Source: Eledone cirrhosa (lineage: Eukaryota). From it: DNA of 64,000 nucleotides. The notes under the pieces were generated by a model that was not told the origin of the DNA, ran no database searches, and saw nothing but the letters and a program-made list of their open reading frames with translations. Made by a program: the position numbers and the translations under genes. Location: the NCBI GenBank assembly GCA_964016885.1, contig OZ024740.1, positions 306,280,001 through 306,344,000 of the forward strand, given 5' to 3'. Shown piece after piece: positions 1 through 14,536 of this stretch (within the stretch, counting starts at the first letter, position 1; each line of letters starts with the position of its first letter).

Positions 1-64
1 TCAGTAAATAATGGAAACCAATATTTAACTCTAATGATGATATATTGCATCTAATTCTCTTCAG

Positions 65-236
65 ACCCATTGACCGACATAAGCTGATAAAAGAGATCGA
101 TGCATCATCTCAGAAACTTCTTTCTTTGATACAAGAATCAGAAGAATGTCATTTTATTCAAGACTACACAACTGCAGTGCTGGCTTGTTATATTGCTTGC
201 ATTGAAACTTCCAGCCTTGCCAGATGTTTCAAGAAG
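65..236 (+). CDS. THADA: THADA exon 1 (first in window)
   Basis: ttcag| ... aag|gtaagc; PIDRHKLIKE...ARCFKK; starts phase 2, so earlier exon(s) are outside the window. Confidence 0.8.
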
Positions 237-3200
237 GTAAGCCATAATTTTGTAACCAACACAATGTCTAAACAATTAACAAGTTATATCTTAGTTTTGA
301 GAATAGATACACTGATACCTGCATGTTGTAAGGATTAATGTCATGAAGGTAATCCAGCTGTAAAACACTACCTCATAAAGACTTATCTATCCCATGCCAG
401 CATGGAAAAGCAAATGTAAAAATACTGACGGTGATGAATATATTGCTTCAGTTTTCTTCTTTTCTCATAAATACATATTGCAGACTTTAGAGAAGTTGGT
501 TGTTCAGAAGAGACATTGCTTATGAAATACAAAACAAAAAAAAAATGTGCAAACCGATGTTGATTATGCAAAGTTGCTTTTATTATATATAGTCAGGCAG
601 TATTGGCAGGGCATGAGACAAAATTCTTTGCACCATGTAATTACGTTCTGAGTTCAGATTCTGCCGAGGTTAACTTTGCATTTCATCCTTACGGGGGTCG
701 ATAAAATAAAGTAGCAGTAATGCACTGGGGTCGATTTAATCGACTTTCTCCTCCCACAAATTGTTGGTCTTGTACCTAAATCAGAAACCATTGTATATAG
801 ACCAAATCTTTCTTTAAACACATCCTTATCTTTTCTTGTATGTGCCAGGGTCAAATTTAACAAGTTTAAATCCAAATTATAGTAACTTTATATAGAGAAC
901 TTGGTTCTGACAAAAACAAAATCTGATTAATAGATCAAGTTCAAGGAAATTCAAGTATAAACTTACCATATTGAATTTACCCTAACTACATTGAGTTGTG
1001 CACTGAAGCATGGAAAATCATCTTGTTTCCTCTGTGTGTTTGCATCCAACACTTATTTTCCTTTGATTTGTATATACGTTGTCTTTTACAAAAAAAAATG
1101 AAAAAAACAAACAAAACACTGCGCTTTGAAATGAATGAAATATAGATTTATAAAATCAAATATTTAAGCTATTTCTAATCTTAATGATGTTTTGTATATT
1201 TTTTCTGCTTTCAATTCATTTTCATACAGATGGGAAGGTTTTTATTTGTCATAGATGAATGAAAACCAACAGCGTACTATTAAAATATTTATTTTTACAG
1301 CTGGATGTTCATCCTATATTAATCACTCAACTATGAAATAGCAATGGTATCAGTTATTAGTAACACATGTTATGTGTACAATGATTGGTATAAGGTTTGG
1401 ACTTACAACCATGTGATCAGCAGTCCAGCAACATAACCTCATAGCTATTGTATTTTTTTACCCTTTTGATACCAAAACATCTGAAACCAACTCTGGCTCT
1501 ATGGTATAAAAAAAGCCTGTTTTTAAGTGTTTATATTTATATTAAAACTTTCCATCATAATTTTATATAAGTTATGTTCTAAACATGTTCTGATTTAGGT
1601 ACAAGACCAGTGATTTAGGGGTAGGGGAAAGTCAATTAAATCGACTCCAGTGCATTACTGGTACTTTATTTTATTGCTTCTGTAAGGATGAAAGACAAAG
1701 CTAACCTCAGTGGGACTTGAACTCGGAACGTAAAGGGCCATAACTCTATGTCGCTAAGCATGTTGTCCGACGCTCTACCGATTCTGCCAAACACCAACAT
1801 AATAATGAGAAAGCTAGTTACATTGCCAAGTCTCACTAAATTTTTGATTACTTTGAAAATCATAGGCAGTGTCTTCATTAGAAACATGGCAATGAAAGAG
1901 TTAATTCCAAAACACCCATGACCCTATAATATAAAACACCTTGTTTTAAGGTGTTTATATTTATTTTAAAATATTCTGTCATAATTTTATGTAAGAAATG
2001 TTAAGTTATGTTCCAAATACCAGCTTAATAATGAAAAATTTAATTATATTACTAAATTCTTCATTATTAACAAAATCATTTGAAATTCATTAGAAATATG
2101 GTGAGGAAAGGGTTAATGTTGACATTAAAGTGAATTTATCAGCACATGTTTGTCTTTTATTTTAGCTCTTGGGACCAATACCACACTCCATGTTGATGGA
2201 AGAGATGAGTTTTGTGTTTCTCAGTCATTTGTCATCTGACACACTTATGAGTTCTGCTACAATGAGTAAATGTAAGTAGTTCAGCAAATTCTTCAATATT
2301 TATTTCTTATGGAGAAATGCTTCACTTTATCTTTCTTGTCATATTTTGGTAAATCATTGGTAAATTTACAGAAAAATACTTCTCAGATTTTCAGTGGGAG
2401 ATTGTTCTTTTTCCTAGTTATTTTTCTGTGTTTTTTCAATGAATCTGACCTCTGAATCAGTCAGAAATGGGTTGTTTTTTTTAGAAAATGGGGGCGAGGG
2501 GACTTGAAGTTTCTTACCCTCAAAGTTTTCTTTGGTAGGAATTTTTTCCTAGTTTTTTTTGTGTGTTTTCAACAAATCTGAGCTCTGTCAGAAAGTAACG
2601 GTAAAAATGAGAGGTGTAAGATCGTGTAAAATATACAGGTTTTTTGAGGACATTTACCTGAATTTAGTAAACGATGCAGGTCATGAAAGAAGAGTTTTGT
2701 TTGAGAAAAATTTGGTATGAATAATCTTGAGACTCTTTTTGATGCATCTACCCAATGAATTCAGCATTAACATCAATGATTGCTTCAATAGGAGGTCTGA
2801 AATGACGTCCAAATCAGATGATCTTTTTCTATTTTGGACACTATGTTGACTGAGCAGACATAAAACCAAAGCCATTCAAGTTATAAGTCCTTTCCTTAGA
2901 CATTGCATATCTAGGACAAATTATCTAGTGTATCCCTCCATTATCAAGATGATAGGGTGTAATTTGAGAAAGATTTAGCTGCTATTTCTATCAGATTGAG
3001 AAGCTCTATAGAGCAATGGTTCTTAACCCTTATTTCCCCACAATGACACCACAAAAAGGTTGATAATCCCTTCATATAAATAAATGTTTGGTGTTTTAAT
3101 AAATAAGTAAAATTTAGAAAAATTGGCTCCTAAAATATTAAAATCCCCCTCCTGCCCCATGATCTTTAGTCTTTCTGGATATCGATGACTATACTGCTCA

Positions 3201-6200
3201 ATATATCCTTCTATATTTAAGATAATAGTGTGTAGTTTGAGGGACATTTAATTCTTCTTCTTCACCCATTTATTCCTGAGAGGGTCATGGGGAGACCTCA
3301 AACACTCCTTCCAGCAGGCCCCGTCAGAAGCAACCATTTCCAACTGATCCTACTGGATCCCCAGCCATGCTCATGGATGTTATTCAACCATCTTGCTTGG
3401 GATCTACCCCTGGGTCTCCTGCCAGTTGGTTTTGCCTATAAAATCTGTCCAGCAATTCTTTCTTGAGACATTCTAACCACAAGCCCATAGTACCGGAACT
3501 GTGATCTCTCAACTCAGAGAAGTAGCAGTTCTACCTGGAGTGACTCTCTTATCTGCGAGCTACATACTCTATCGAGTAATGATACTCTAAAGACCCTTCG
3601 GAGGTACCCCATTTCGGCCACTTATATTTAGTTACTATTTCTAATATAACAACCACATAGAAACACCTTTGATTTTTCAGGTAAGTGTACAGTTTTTTAC
3701 ATTGGACAGTTATGAGTTGCCTGCATTGTTTAGTTGTCTGAAGTGTAAAATATTTCTATTTTCAGTTGGTCATTTAATTGAGCAGTGTGCAGAAGTGCAG
3801 CCATTGGTTGTTGATTCCTACCCACAGGTTTGTAACATACTACACAAACACATAGGACTGGCCCTCAATGTAAACACTACCTCTGACCTCCTCTATTCAA
3901 CTGTCAAGGTAAACATTTTATTTTCATTGCTGTATTAGAAATATAGTATTAAATGGTTTAACCCTTTAGCATTTAAGCCGGCCAGAATTCTCTCATCTCT
4001 TTCTGTTAAAACCAGCCATAATCAGCCACTCACACCAATGTTATGGTTCTCAAAATAAATAACATCAAAATCTCATAGCTTTGATATTATGTGAGGTAAA
4101 GACTTTACCGTGAAAATACAATAGTGAATATATAGTAATGTAAATGTCAGTCATGGGCAAACTGCAGCCCACAAAACTTTCTGAATCGCATACCAAATTT
4201 CAAAATTGTCAATTTTTTAGTAGCATGGCCCACCATATGATAAACCACATCCTATGTAGCCCACTGCTCAAAAAAGGTTGTCCCTGCCTGGTTTAAGTAC
4301 TCCTCTTATGTTTACTTTCAGACCACACTGATAATGTTCCAGCATTTTCCTCAGCAAACCAAGTTACACCTCAGTCTTCAAGTCAATGACACATCTTCAC
4401 CACTCACTTCATTGGTCCAAAACCTGCTAGCAGTACTTGCAGAATCCGTAATTTCTTTTTTTCTATTTCCGCATTTCTGTGTTTTGTGTCTTATGGAGTG
4501 TAAGAACATACATAAACATTTCTGGTGGATGAGTGTGTATGATTATATGTGTGTGTGTGTGTGTGCATGCATATCAATTGTGTATCTATGTAAATATATA
4601 TGTATGTGTGTTATTTTCAGTTAGAAATGTAATTTTCTGTGATTGGAAAGCCAGTTGGTATCATCTTTATCATTATCTGTTTAACAGAGGAACTAAAAGG
4701 GGCTCTGTTACCCACTTCTGTTATATTTAACAAGAGAAATAAATGGGTCTGTTAGTCCCTTCTGTTATAATATTAAACAGAAAAACTAAAAGAGCTCTAT
4801 TATCTCCTGTTATATTTAACAGGAACTGAAGGGACTCTAATATCCCCTTCTGTTATCATATTTAACAGGAACTAAAAGGGCTCTATTATCCCCTTCTTTT
4901 ATAACATTAAACAGAAAAACTAAAAGGGCTCTGTTATCCCCTTCTGTGCAATTAAAGAGTATTTATTATCCATTATTCCTTTTATGATATTTTTAACAGT
5001 GGAACTATATAGAATGTGTTATCCCATTCTATTGCCTGTTAAATTGTAAAACTCAAGAAATTATGTTATTCCTCCCAGTTATCTATTTTGTGAGACTAAA
5101 ACGTAGCCCTATTTTTTCCTCTTATTTGATTACTAGGGTCCCTAGCATGAACGTGTTTATCTAAACCGTCAATATATTTATTTTCAGAACTGTAGTTCCG
5201 AAACCGTCCTGCTTGCAGGCACTGCCTATTCCATGATGCTTAATTCCCTGCCTTGTAGTCCAGTTCTTATCTGCAGTCTCTTCTGGAGTAGTTTGACCAT
5301 CTTAAGTAAGTTGTTACTTCTTTCAAATCCTTCAACAAACATTTCATTATAATTGTCATTACCACTGTTATTACAGTTTTCATAATCATCCCTGTCATTG
5401 TCATTAATATAGTTGTCATCATCATTTTCTTCATTATCTCCAACACTACAAAGTTGAAGACCTCTTACATAGTCATAATCATTGTCCTATTTTTTGTCTT
5501 TATAAAATCAACATGCCTGTATGTAATACTCAGATAAAATAACTGCATTCACCTGTAGTATACAGGCATTAGTTTGATACTGCAAGAGAAAAACATTTTG
5601 TGAAAATAGGAGTAATAATGACAATAATGGTGGTGGTGGTAGTGGTGGCAAACTTCAGAGAAAAATATAGCGTTAGAAAATGACATTTTTCTAGAATTAA
5701 TTGTTCAATATTTGATCTGAATTTTTTAACCCTTCTGATATTAAAGCCACTTGAAACTGCTCTTTGTTCTACTATACTAAAGTCTAAAGTCTGTCTTAAG
5801 CCAGAAGGCTCATATTTGGCTGGTACTTATCTTGGTTTCATGGCGTGAAGCAACTAAGGGTACAAGACTCCCCACTGGACAGGACACCAGTCCATCACAG
5901 GGTAACCCCCCCCCCCCCCATCCCCGCTATTGCTGGTACTCATTTTCAACTGAGTATACTGGAGCAATGTGAGATGAAGTGTTTTGCTCAAGAACACAAC
6001 ACGCAACTCAGGAATTGAACCCACGACATTATGATCGTAAGTCCAATACTCTTACCACTAAGCCAAGTGCCTCCACATTCAACTATACAAAGCTGTTTAT
6101 CTGAAAGTGTTTATATTTATCTAAGAACCTTCCATCATAATTTTATGTAAGAACTCTTGTTTTGTTCCAAACACAAGTTGAATAATGTGAATGTTAGTTA

Positions 6201-9200
6201 TATTAATAAATCCTTCCAAATTATTGGGTAGTTTAAAAATAATTTGAAACATATAACTAGTGTCTTTCATTAGAAATATGGTAATGAAAGGTTTAAACTC
6301 TTTCTTTATTTTGTTCTCTTAGATCAACACAGAAAACTGTTAAATTGGGAACAAATCTTGAAAAACAGTGCAGAATTTGAGAAGAAGTCTCCTCACATTG
6401 GTGCAATCCGTAGTGACAAATTTGGATGTCTATCTCTTGTTCGGGGTTTTATTTCATCTACTGAGAATCCTTTTCTTTTGCTTGAGGAACACACTGAGGG
6501 AACAAACATGACTGTTCCATTGATTATGAGATTGTTTTTTACTATTTATAAAATGTGCAAGAGTGTATCATTAGACTACCATAGCTTCAATTTACTACAC
6601 ATCTGGTATAGCAGGTAATGTTTCATTTCATCTTACTACACATTTTATATAGCAATTCAGGATTTGATTTTACTACACACCTTGCTAGCAGGGAAAGTTG
6701 ACATTAAAATGATGATGATGATGATTTGTATCACAGGTAACACAGTTATTTTGGACTCTGCTAAAGTATGGTGTTAAACCAAGCAATGAATTAAGTCTAT
6801 CTCCACACAATTTCCCTCACATATCAGCCATTTTATTGATTAATCAATATCGATTTTTTTTTGCCAGTTAATCAGTTTTGATAATCAACCATTAATGTTT
6901 TGAAGTAAGAAAATCATAGGTAGCAGATAAATTCAGAAAACACATTGGATTCAGCATATAGAAATACATATGAAACATATTATTTCCTACAACACAATCT
7001 AAACCCACCAATGTAATATAGCTTAAACACACTGATCTACATAATTGGAAATTATTTGGGAGGTCATGTTTTTAATTGATCTTTTAAAAAGGAATCAATT
7101 TTAAAATTATAAAGATTCCAATTACATGTTTATTTATTTCCCAGTAATAATGATTCCTGTTATCTTAACTTACTCAAACAAAAAATATTTAATGATCAAA
7201 TTTAAAGACTCACCATCATCATTAAACGTCCATTTTCCACGCTAACATGGGTAGGATGTACTGTCCCATTGTGGGAGTTCCAGACTGGAGGACTGTTTTG
7301 TTCATACAGAACTGATTTTGGCTTGGTTTCTACGGTTGGATGTCCTTCCTAATGCCAACCACATTTACAGTATGTACAGGGTGCTTTTTGACATGACACC
7401 TACAGCCACTTTACAGTGTGGACTGGATACTTTTTGTTGTGACACCTACATGACCACTTTACAGTGTTGGGTGGGTTATTTTTGTTGTGACACCTACCCT
7501 TTACAGTGTGGGCTAGGTGCTTTTTGTTGTGACACATACATGACCACTTTACAGTGTGGGGTGGGTGCGTTTTGTTGGAACACCTACACAACTACTTTAC
7601 AGTATGGACTGGGTGCTTTTTGTCATAGCACCCACACGGCCGGCCACTTTACTGTGTGGACTGGGTGTTTTTTGTCATGACTCCTACATGATCACTTTAC
7701 AGTGTGGGCTGGGCACTTTTTGTTGTGTTGCCAACATGACCACTTTACAGTGTGGGCTGGGTGCTTTTTGTCGTGACACCTACATGGCTACTCTACAGTG
7801 TGGACTAGGCACATTTTGTCATGACACCTACATGACCACTTTACAGTGTGGACTGGGCACTTTTTGTTGTTGCTCCAGGATGGCCACTTTATGGTAGGGA
7901 TTGGGGACTTGGGTGGGGGAGATGCATGGAGAATTAAGGAGGTAGATCTAGGGATGGGGTGATTACAATGAGAGAGGGGTGATGGGAGGGAATGTGGTGC
8001 ATACTAGATGTATGCCTCAGCTCCTGCATATAGGAGGGTGGGTCTTCTGTATTACTGCATGGCGCCAGAGATCACGGTCCTGTATCATCACCTTAGAGAG
8101 GTGTAAATGTGCAAGGACTGTAGAACAGTTTTATGAATAAAACATTTAAGATTTAATAATAATTCAAATTTGTCTATTTTTTTAAAAATTTATGGCTTAT
8201 GTTGGGTTTTTTATTTCATTTTAGAATTTTCTTTCTTATCCTTTTCTGTTTAGGTATTTAAGACTTCTTCCTGAACTCTATATTCAAAACTCTTCTGGTT
8301 TTTCCCAAGAAAACCGGGAGAAACTTGAAAGCCAATCTCTGGAGTTAATATGGTTGCACTGGGACAGCCCAGTAGAAGGTGTGTCAGAAACTGTTTCCAA
8401 CATATTTCACATCATGTGTCAGATTTGGCATGTAGAACGCAGCCTTGGTAGTCAAGATGGCAATGCCTTGCCACAAAAACTGCATCAGAGGTTGATTGCA
8501 TTGCCTTGGTATGTGAAAGGCAAATATAAATTGATGAGTTCCCTTCTTCAGTTTCTGGAATACAATAATGTAAGTAAACTTATTATTCTTAAATTTCTCC
8601 CATAACACATTTTTTAAGGCCTTTTTTTTTTTTAAATTGTTATCATACAAGTATCTCAAATCTGTTTATAGAATATAACTGATTGATGACACAGTTTGCA
8701 TAATGGGAGGTAGGTGTAAAAGCCAAACTAGCTATCTTCAATTCGGTATTGTTGCCAACCCTTACCTATGGTCATGAATCTAGGGTAATGTCCAAAAGAA
8801 TACAAGCGGCTGAAATAGCGTTCCTCTGAAGGGTCTTTGGAGTAATGTTACTTGATAGAGTTCATGGCTAAAAAATCAGAGAGTCACTCCAGGTAGAGCC
8901 ACTACTTCTCCAAATTCAGAGATCACTGTGTATATGTAAGCCCAAGCATTCTAAACAGACTAAGTCCATGACACCCTTTTGATGTTTTAGATACAATAAT
9001 GCTTTTGGAGAAAGTATAAACTTTATGCACACACACATACACACATATTAAACAGATACTTTTCAGTGGTGGCTGTTATTGTTATAATGATGATCTTTCT
9101 TTCTTTCTTGTGTATGAAACTGTTGATGTCTCAGGTTGCTGTCATTCACTTGATCGAGATCACAGATTAGTGATCAGTTTCCAGGGCCCACAGTGAAGAA

Positions 9201-12200
9201 GTTGATAACTTGGGCTCCATGATGATGATGATGATGGCTTGGATATCATCATCATCATCACTGTTTAATGTCCATTTTTCCACGCTAACATAGTTTATAT
9301 GTTTGCATTATATTTCAGGCATTCTCTAACCTAGAAGAAGTGAAGACACAGTTAGTTATGTGTATGGCTACAAACCATCTGGTAACTTCTGCCAGTGAAG
9401 TTTACCGTGTTTACATGACCAAACTTGCAATGTGAGTTTTTTTATAAAGAGATTTCAGCACTGATTTCAGTCTAATATTTTACCTTTGAAGTGTGTGTGT
9501 GTGTGTGTGTGTGCAAGATGGTACAGCTGTGACACACACAAATAGATAAAGACCATATCCAATTAAATGTACCATATATGCTGGGTGGGTAAATAAAAAA
9601 TATAGTAATGTGAAGAAATTATTAAAGCACTTTCCTGACATTTATACATTATTCTGTGTACTATACTTACACCTTCGATGAGCTGTAGTGCATCTCAGCA
9701 CTGTACACAATAATTTCATTATACCAGTAATGTACTGGGTAATTGCTGGCCTTGTGCCTAAAGTAGAAACAATTATATTATTAAGTGTAAAGTTGTAGGG
9801 GAGGGGATGGGGGCTGCAGATAGAGTGAAATATGCATGGAAGAAGTTCTGGGAATGAATGATATACTAATGAGGAGTGTCACTGAAACTAAAGGGAAAGG
9901 TCCATCTTGCATGTGTGATAAGTGGTATGGTTTATGGGATTGAGACATGGAGAATGAACATGGAGCAACAGAGAAAACTGGTAAGGACAAAAATTAGAAT
10001 GGTTTGATGGATGAGTGGAGTATGACAGAGGGAGAGAGGAAGACAAACAATGAATTGCAAAGGATGATGGAAATAAAACTAGTGATGACTGTAGTGGAGA
10101 GAACTGGAATGAGATGGTTGAGTTGGAAGGGGTGTTGGAGAGGAAGGTGGCGCATACTAGATGTGTGTCTCAACCTGTGCACATAGATTGTATCTCATTA
10201 AGAAAACTGATGTTTACCAAAATTATATCCCCCCCCCCCCCACTGTGTCTCTCTTACACACACACACATCTGTATATAGTCTGCTTACTAATTTATTGAA
10301 CCACAATATATTTTTATAATTCTGTTTCTGTTCTTTTGCTCAGATGTAAAGAGGCTGTGAGTATCTGGGACCAAGACTGGAGAAACACACTTCTAGATGG
10401 TCTTGCCAGTGAAGATGAGTAAGTATCAACTACAGGCTTAACTTCACATATTTCCTATTGTTCCATAGTTCATTTCTTTCTTTGAGTCTTAGAAGTTCTG
10501 TCAAGTTTACTTATTGACTTGTTTTTCTTGTCATTATTGTATAGGACAGTGGATTGGCAGTATCGGTAGAGGGTCTGACGCCATTCTTTGACGCATAGAG
10601 TTACGGTCCTTGCCATTCTGAGTTCAAATCCCGCCGAGGTTAACTTTGCCTTTCATCCTTACGGGTCGATAAAATAAAGTACCAGTAATGCACTGGGTAA
10701 TTGCTGGCCTTGTGCCAAAAGTATAAACAATTATTGTATAGGACTGGATTGGCAGTATCGGTAGAGGGTCTGACGCCATTCTTTGCAGCAAAGAGTTACG
10801 GCCCTTTATGGTCTGAGTTCAAGTCCCGTCGAGGTTAACTTTGCCTTTCATCCTTACGGGGGTCGATAAAATAAAGTACCAGTAATACACTGGGATAATT
10901 GCTGGCCTTGTGCCAAAAGTAGAAACAATTATTGTATAGGGCAGTGGATTGGCTGCTTTCTTTTTCTGTATGTTTAACAAAATAAAAATGTTATTTCTCC
11001 ATCTATAATACATTACATCTATAATACATAACATTTTTTCTATTTATAGAATTAAATTTTCAATAGATATTGATTGATAATATTTTTCCCCTCTCCAGGC
11101 TGGTGAAACGTAATATCTGTCATTACTGGCTGCCATCCACACTGAAGTTCATCCCTCAGTGTGGTCAACACCTCAGTATGTTATTGACTGGAGCTTTGAG
11201 TCCTTCCAAACATCCACAACTGGATCTCTGTCATAAGTTGGATCTTCAATCAAAGTGGAGCCATCCTGAACTGCTACACATTTGGATTATGGTCTCTCTG
11301 ACAATGAGGAATCTCTCTGGTTCCATAGAATGGGTATGTATTCTCTCTCTCTCTTTCTCATACACACATGCACTAACATCCTTGACCACATCCAATAATT
11401 ATTATTATTATTTAGAGTAGTAGGGTGGAGGATTTGGTAGAATTAGTAGAGCGTCGGACGAAATGCTTTGTGCTATTTGCTTTGACTTTTTACATTCTAG
11501 TGTCATATTCTGCTGACGTTAACTTTGCCTTCACCCTTCCTAGGTTGATAAAATAACATATCAGTAAATTGCTGTGTTGATGTAATCAACTACCCTCCCT
11601 ACAAATTGCTGGCATTGTGCCTAAATAAGAAATAATTATTTAGGGTGGTAAAAAAGTAGGTGAAGAAGCTGTAGAGTGTGGGTATTTAGTTGTATCTCCT
11701 GATGTTCCAAGTTCCACAGTCGATAAAATGTGTTTAGTCAAGTACTGGTGTTGATTTTAATTGAGTATACCTTTTCAAGTTGACAGAATCATTAATCTTT
11801 AATCTAAGTCTAAAGTCTGTCTCAAGCCAGACAGTTTGTCTGGCCAGTGCTTGTCCCAGTTCTGTGGCATGAAGTGACTGAGAGTACAAGATTCTCTCCC
11901 TTCCTGGATGGGACACCAGTCGATCGCAGGGTTAAACCCCCAGCTATTGGTGGTACTCATTTTCAGCTGAATATACTAGAGCAACATGAAATGAAATGTT
12001 TTGCTCAAGAACACAACACACAACCCAGCTCAGGAATCAAACACACAACATTATGATCATAAGTCTAACAAACACTCTTACTATTAGGCCATATGCCTTC
12101 ACTATCATCATTAAGGTGTTGTATTAAAAATACCTCAGTATTTGTTCCTGCTCACTGCATACTGAGTTCAAAGGTATCCAGTACTGGGGTAGATTCTTCC

Positions 12201-14504
12201 TCTGTCCCTCCCTATAGAAGAAATTGGCTGTATTCCACATGGAAAGTGATGGGATCTTCCTGGTTTAAAATGCCCAATACACGCTGTGTGTCAGAATTGC
12301 ACCCCTATGACACTCTATCAGGAGTCAAGGGCCTTTTGCTTTATTTTACTTTTCCCACACAATTTGTGGCTTTGTGCCAGTGATGATAAACCATTATTAT
12401 CATCATAGTGTCAGACAAAATATCTTATACTCTAACAACCAATAAAAGAAATCACTATTGGCAGAATTGAAGTGCACGGGCCATTCTCCCAATATTTTCA
12501 CCCACCTTCTAGCAAATGTACTGGAGTGCAGCACTTCCTTTTCCACCCTCACCTTCCTTTCTAAATAATAATAATAATTTTTACTGATTTAGGCATACAA
12601 CAAACAATTTGGGGGAGGGGAAAGTTGATTAAATCGACCTCAACACTTTACTGGTACTTTATTTTATCAACCCTGTAAGGATGATTAGAAAGCTAACTTG
12701 GCAGGATTTGAACTCAGAATGTAAAGGGATGTAACTCTATGCTGTGAAGTATGCTGTCCAATGCTCTACTGATTCTGCCAATCTACTGCTCTAATAGGAA
12801 TAAAAATAATAATAATCCTCTTAGATGCTAACATCATCATCTAATTTAGGTCTATGAAAATTTGCAACATAAATCTAATTTAATCATTTCAGTACATAAT
12901 GTTTTCAACAGCAGCACATTCTGCTAGCTTCGTCAACATAGTTGAGTATTTCTAATTGAGAGGGAAGTGTGTGTGTGTGTGTGTGGTTAGTCAGTGAATG
13001 TGTATGTGTGGTCAGTCAGTGAATCAAATCAGCCTCTCTTGAAAGTTTCCCAGGCCAAAATTGGCCTGGGAAACTATGACTCCATCTTTCATGAGAAATA
13101 GCATGTTTGACCTTTGTTCTCTTTAATTAGTCACAAATGACCCTTAAAAACCCCTACTAACTGTTCAGAGTAATAGAAGAAAATTATTTCTACCAATTTT
13201 GCAGAAAAAGTGTATTTTATTTAACCCTTTAGTTACCAACCTGGTCAAAACTGTTTCTTGTTCTATGAAATAAAGCCACCATTTTAAAGATTTCCAATTT
13301 AAATTAAAATCTTCCAACATTATTTTATATAAGAAACTAACTTAATAATTTTAGTAAATACCTCAAAATTCTTTGTGAATTAATTAATTAGAAATGATGT
13401 CATGAAAGGGTTAATAGGCACCAATACATTGCTTTAACTTACTTTATTAAGGTTGAAAAGCTAGCAATACATGTTATTGGTTTAGGCATTCGTGATGTTA
13501 ATAAATTTTTTCTAACATTGGCATAATGCCAGCAATTTGGGGAAAGGGAAAATCAATTATATCAACCATAGTAATTAACTGGTGCTTTATTTTATGAATC
13601 CTGGAAGGATGAAAAGCAAAGTTGACTTTGGCAGTATTGGAACTCAGTATGTAGAAATTTGTAACTAAATGCTGCAAAGCATCTTGACCGAACCAATGCT
13701 CTACTAATACTGCCAATTGACTGTCCTCTTAACCCTTTAGCATTTACATTACTTTATATAAACTATTATGTAGAGTAATGTAAACTATTATATAGAGTAA
13801 TACTAAAGGCCTTATCTTACATAATATTGAATCTATGGGATCTTGATATTATTTATTTTGAGAACAATACCTTAAAGTCGGTATGAGGGGCCAGTTAGAA
13901 CAGAAAGAGGTGAAATAATTCTGGCCCAATACGGCCGTTTAAATGCTAACGGGTTAAAAAGTATAAAAGGCATTTTATGTCCACCTGTCATGCTGGCATG
14001 GATTAGATCAAAGTTAATCTCATCAGGATTTGAGCTCTAAGTGCACAGAGCTGGATTGAATATTGAGAAGTATTCTATCAGGCATTCAAAAATGAACCAA
14101 TTTATTGCCTTTTGATTCAAATAACAACCTGTAATTTAGGTACAAGGCCAGAAATTTGCAGGGATTTTATTTTATTGGCCCCAGAAGGATGAAAGGCAAA
14201 ATCAAGCTGAGCAGGATTTGAACATAAACAGCCATAACTAAACACTGTTAAGCATTTTATCTACTTCTTCAGTGACCCTGGCTATCTTATTACTACCACT
14301 ATTACTACTTATCACCACCATCATTACCATCACCATCATCATCTGAAACTTCATCACCATCATCACTACCACCATCATTACCATCTTCATCATCTGAAAC
14401 TTCATCATCATCCTCATCACCACCACCATCATCACTGCCATCATCATCATCACCACCATCACCATCACTATCACCACCAACACCATCACCACTATCATCA
14501 CCAT

Positions 14505-14536
<32 letters not shown>

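Noticed and set aside
484-530. Candidate extra exons after AG at ~483 and ~1300
   Set aside because: In-frame stops; exons 1 and 2 already join in phase
7318-7897. Cys-rich repeat ORFs (TTLQCGLGAFCCDTYM)n
   Set aside because: The 48-bp minisatellite keeps frame by arithmetic; derived from a LINE 3'UTR, with no splice or start context
10545-10635. SINE heads as tRNA genes
   Set aside because: A and B boxes are present but there is no complete cloverleaf, and the sequence continues into the SINE body
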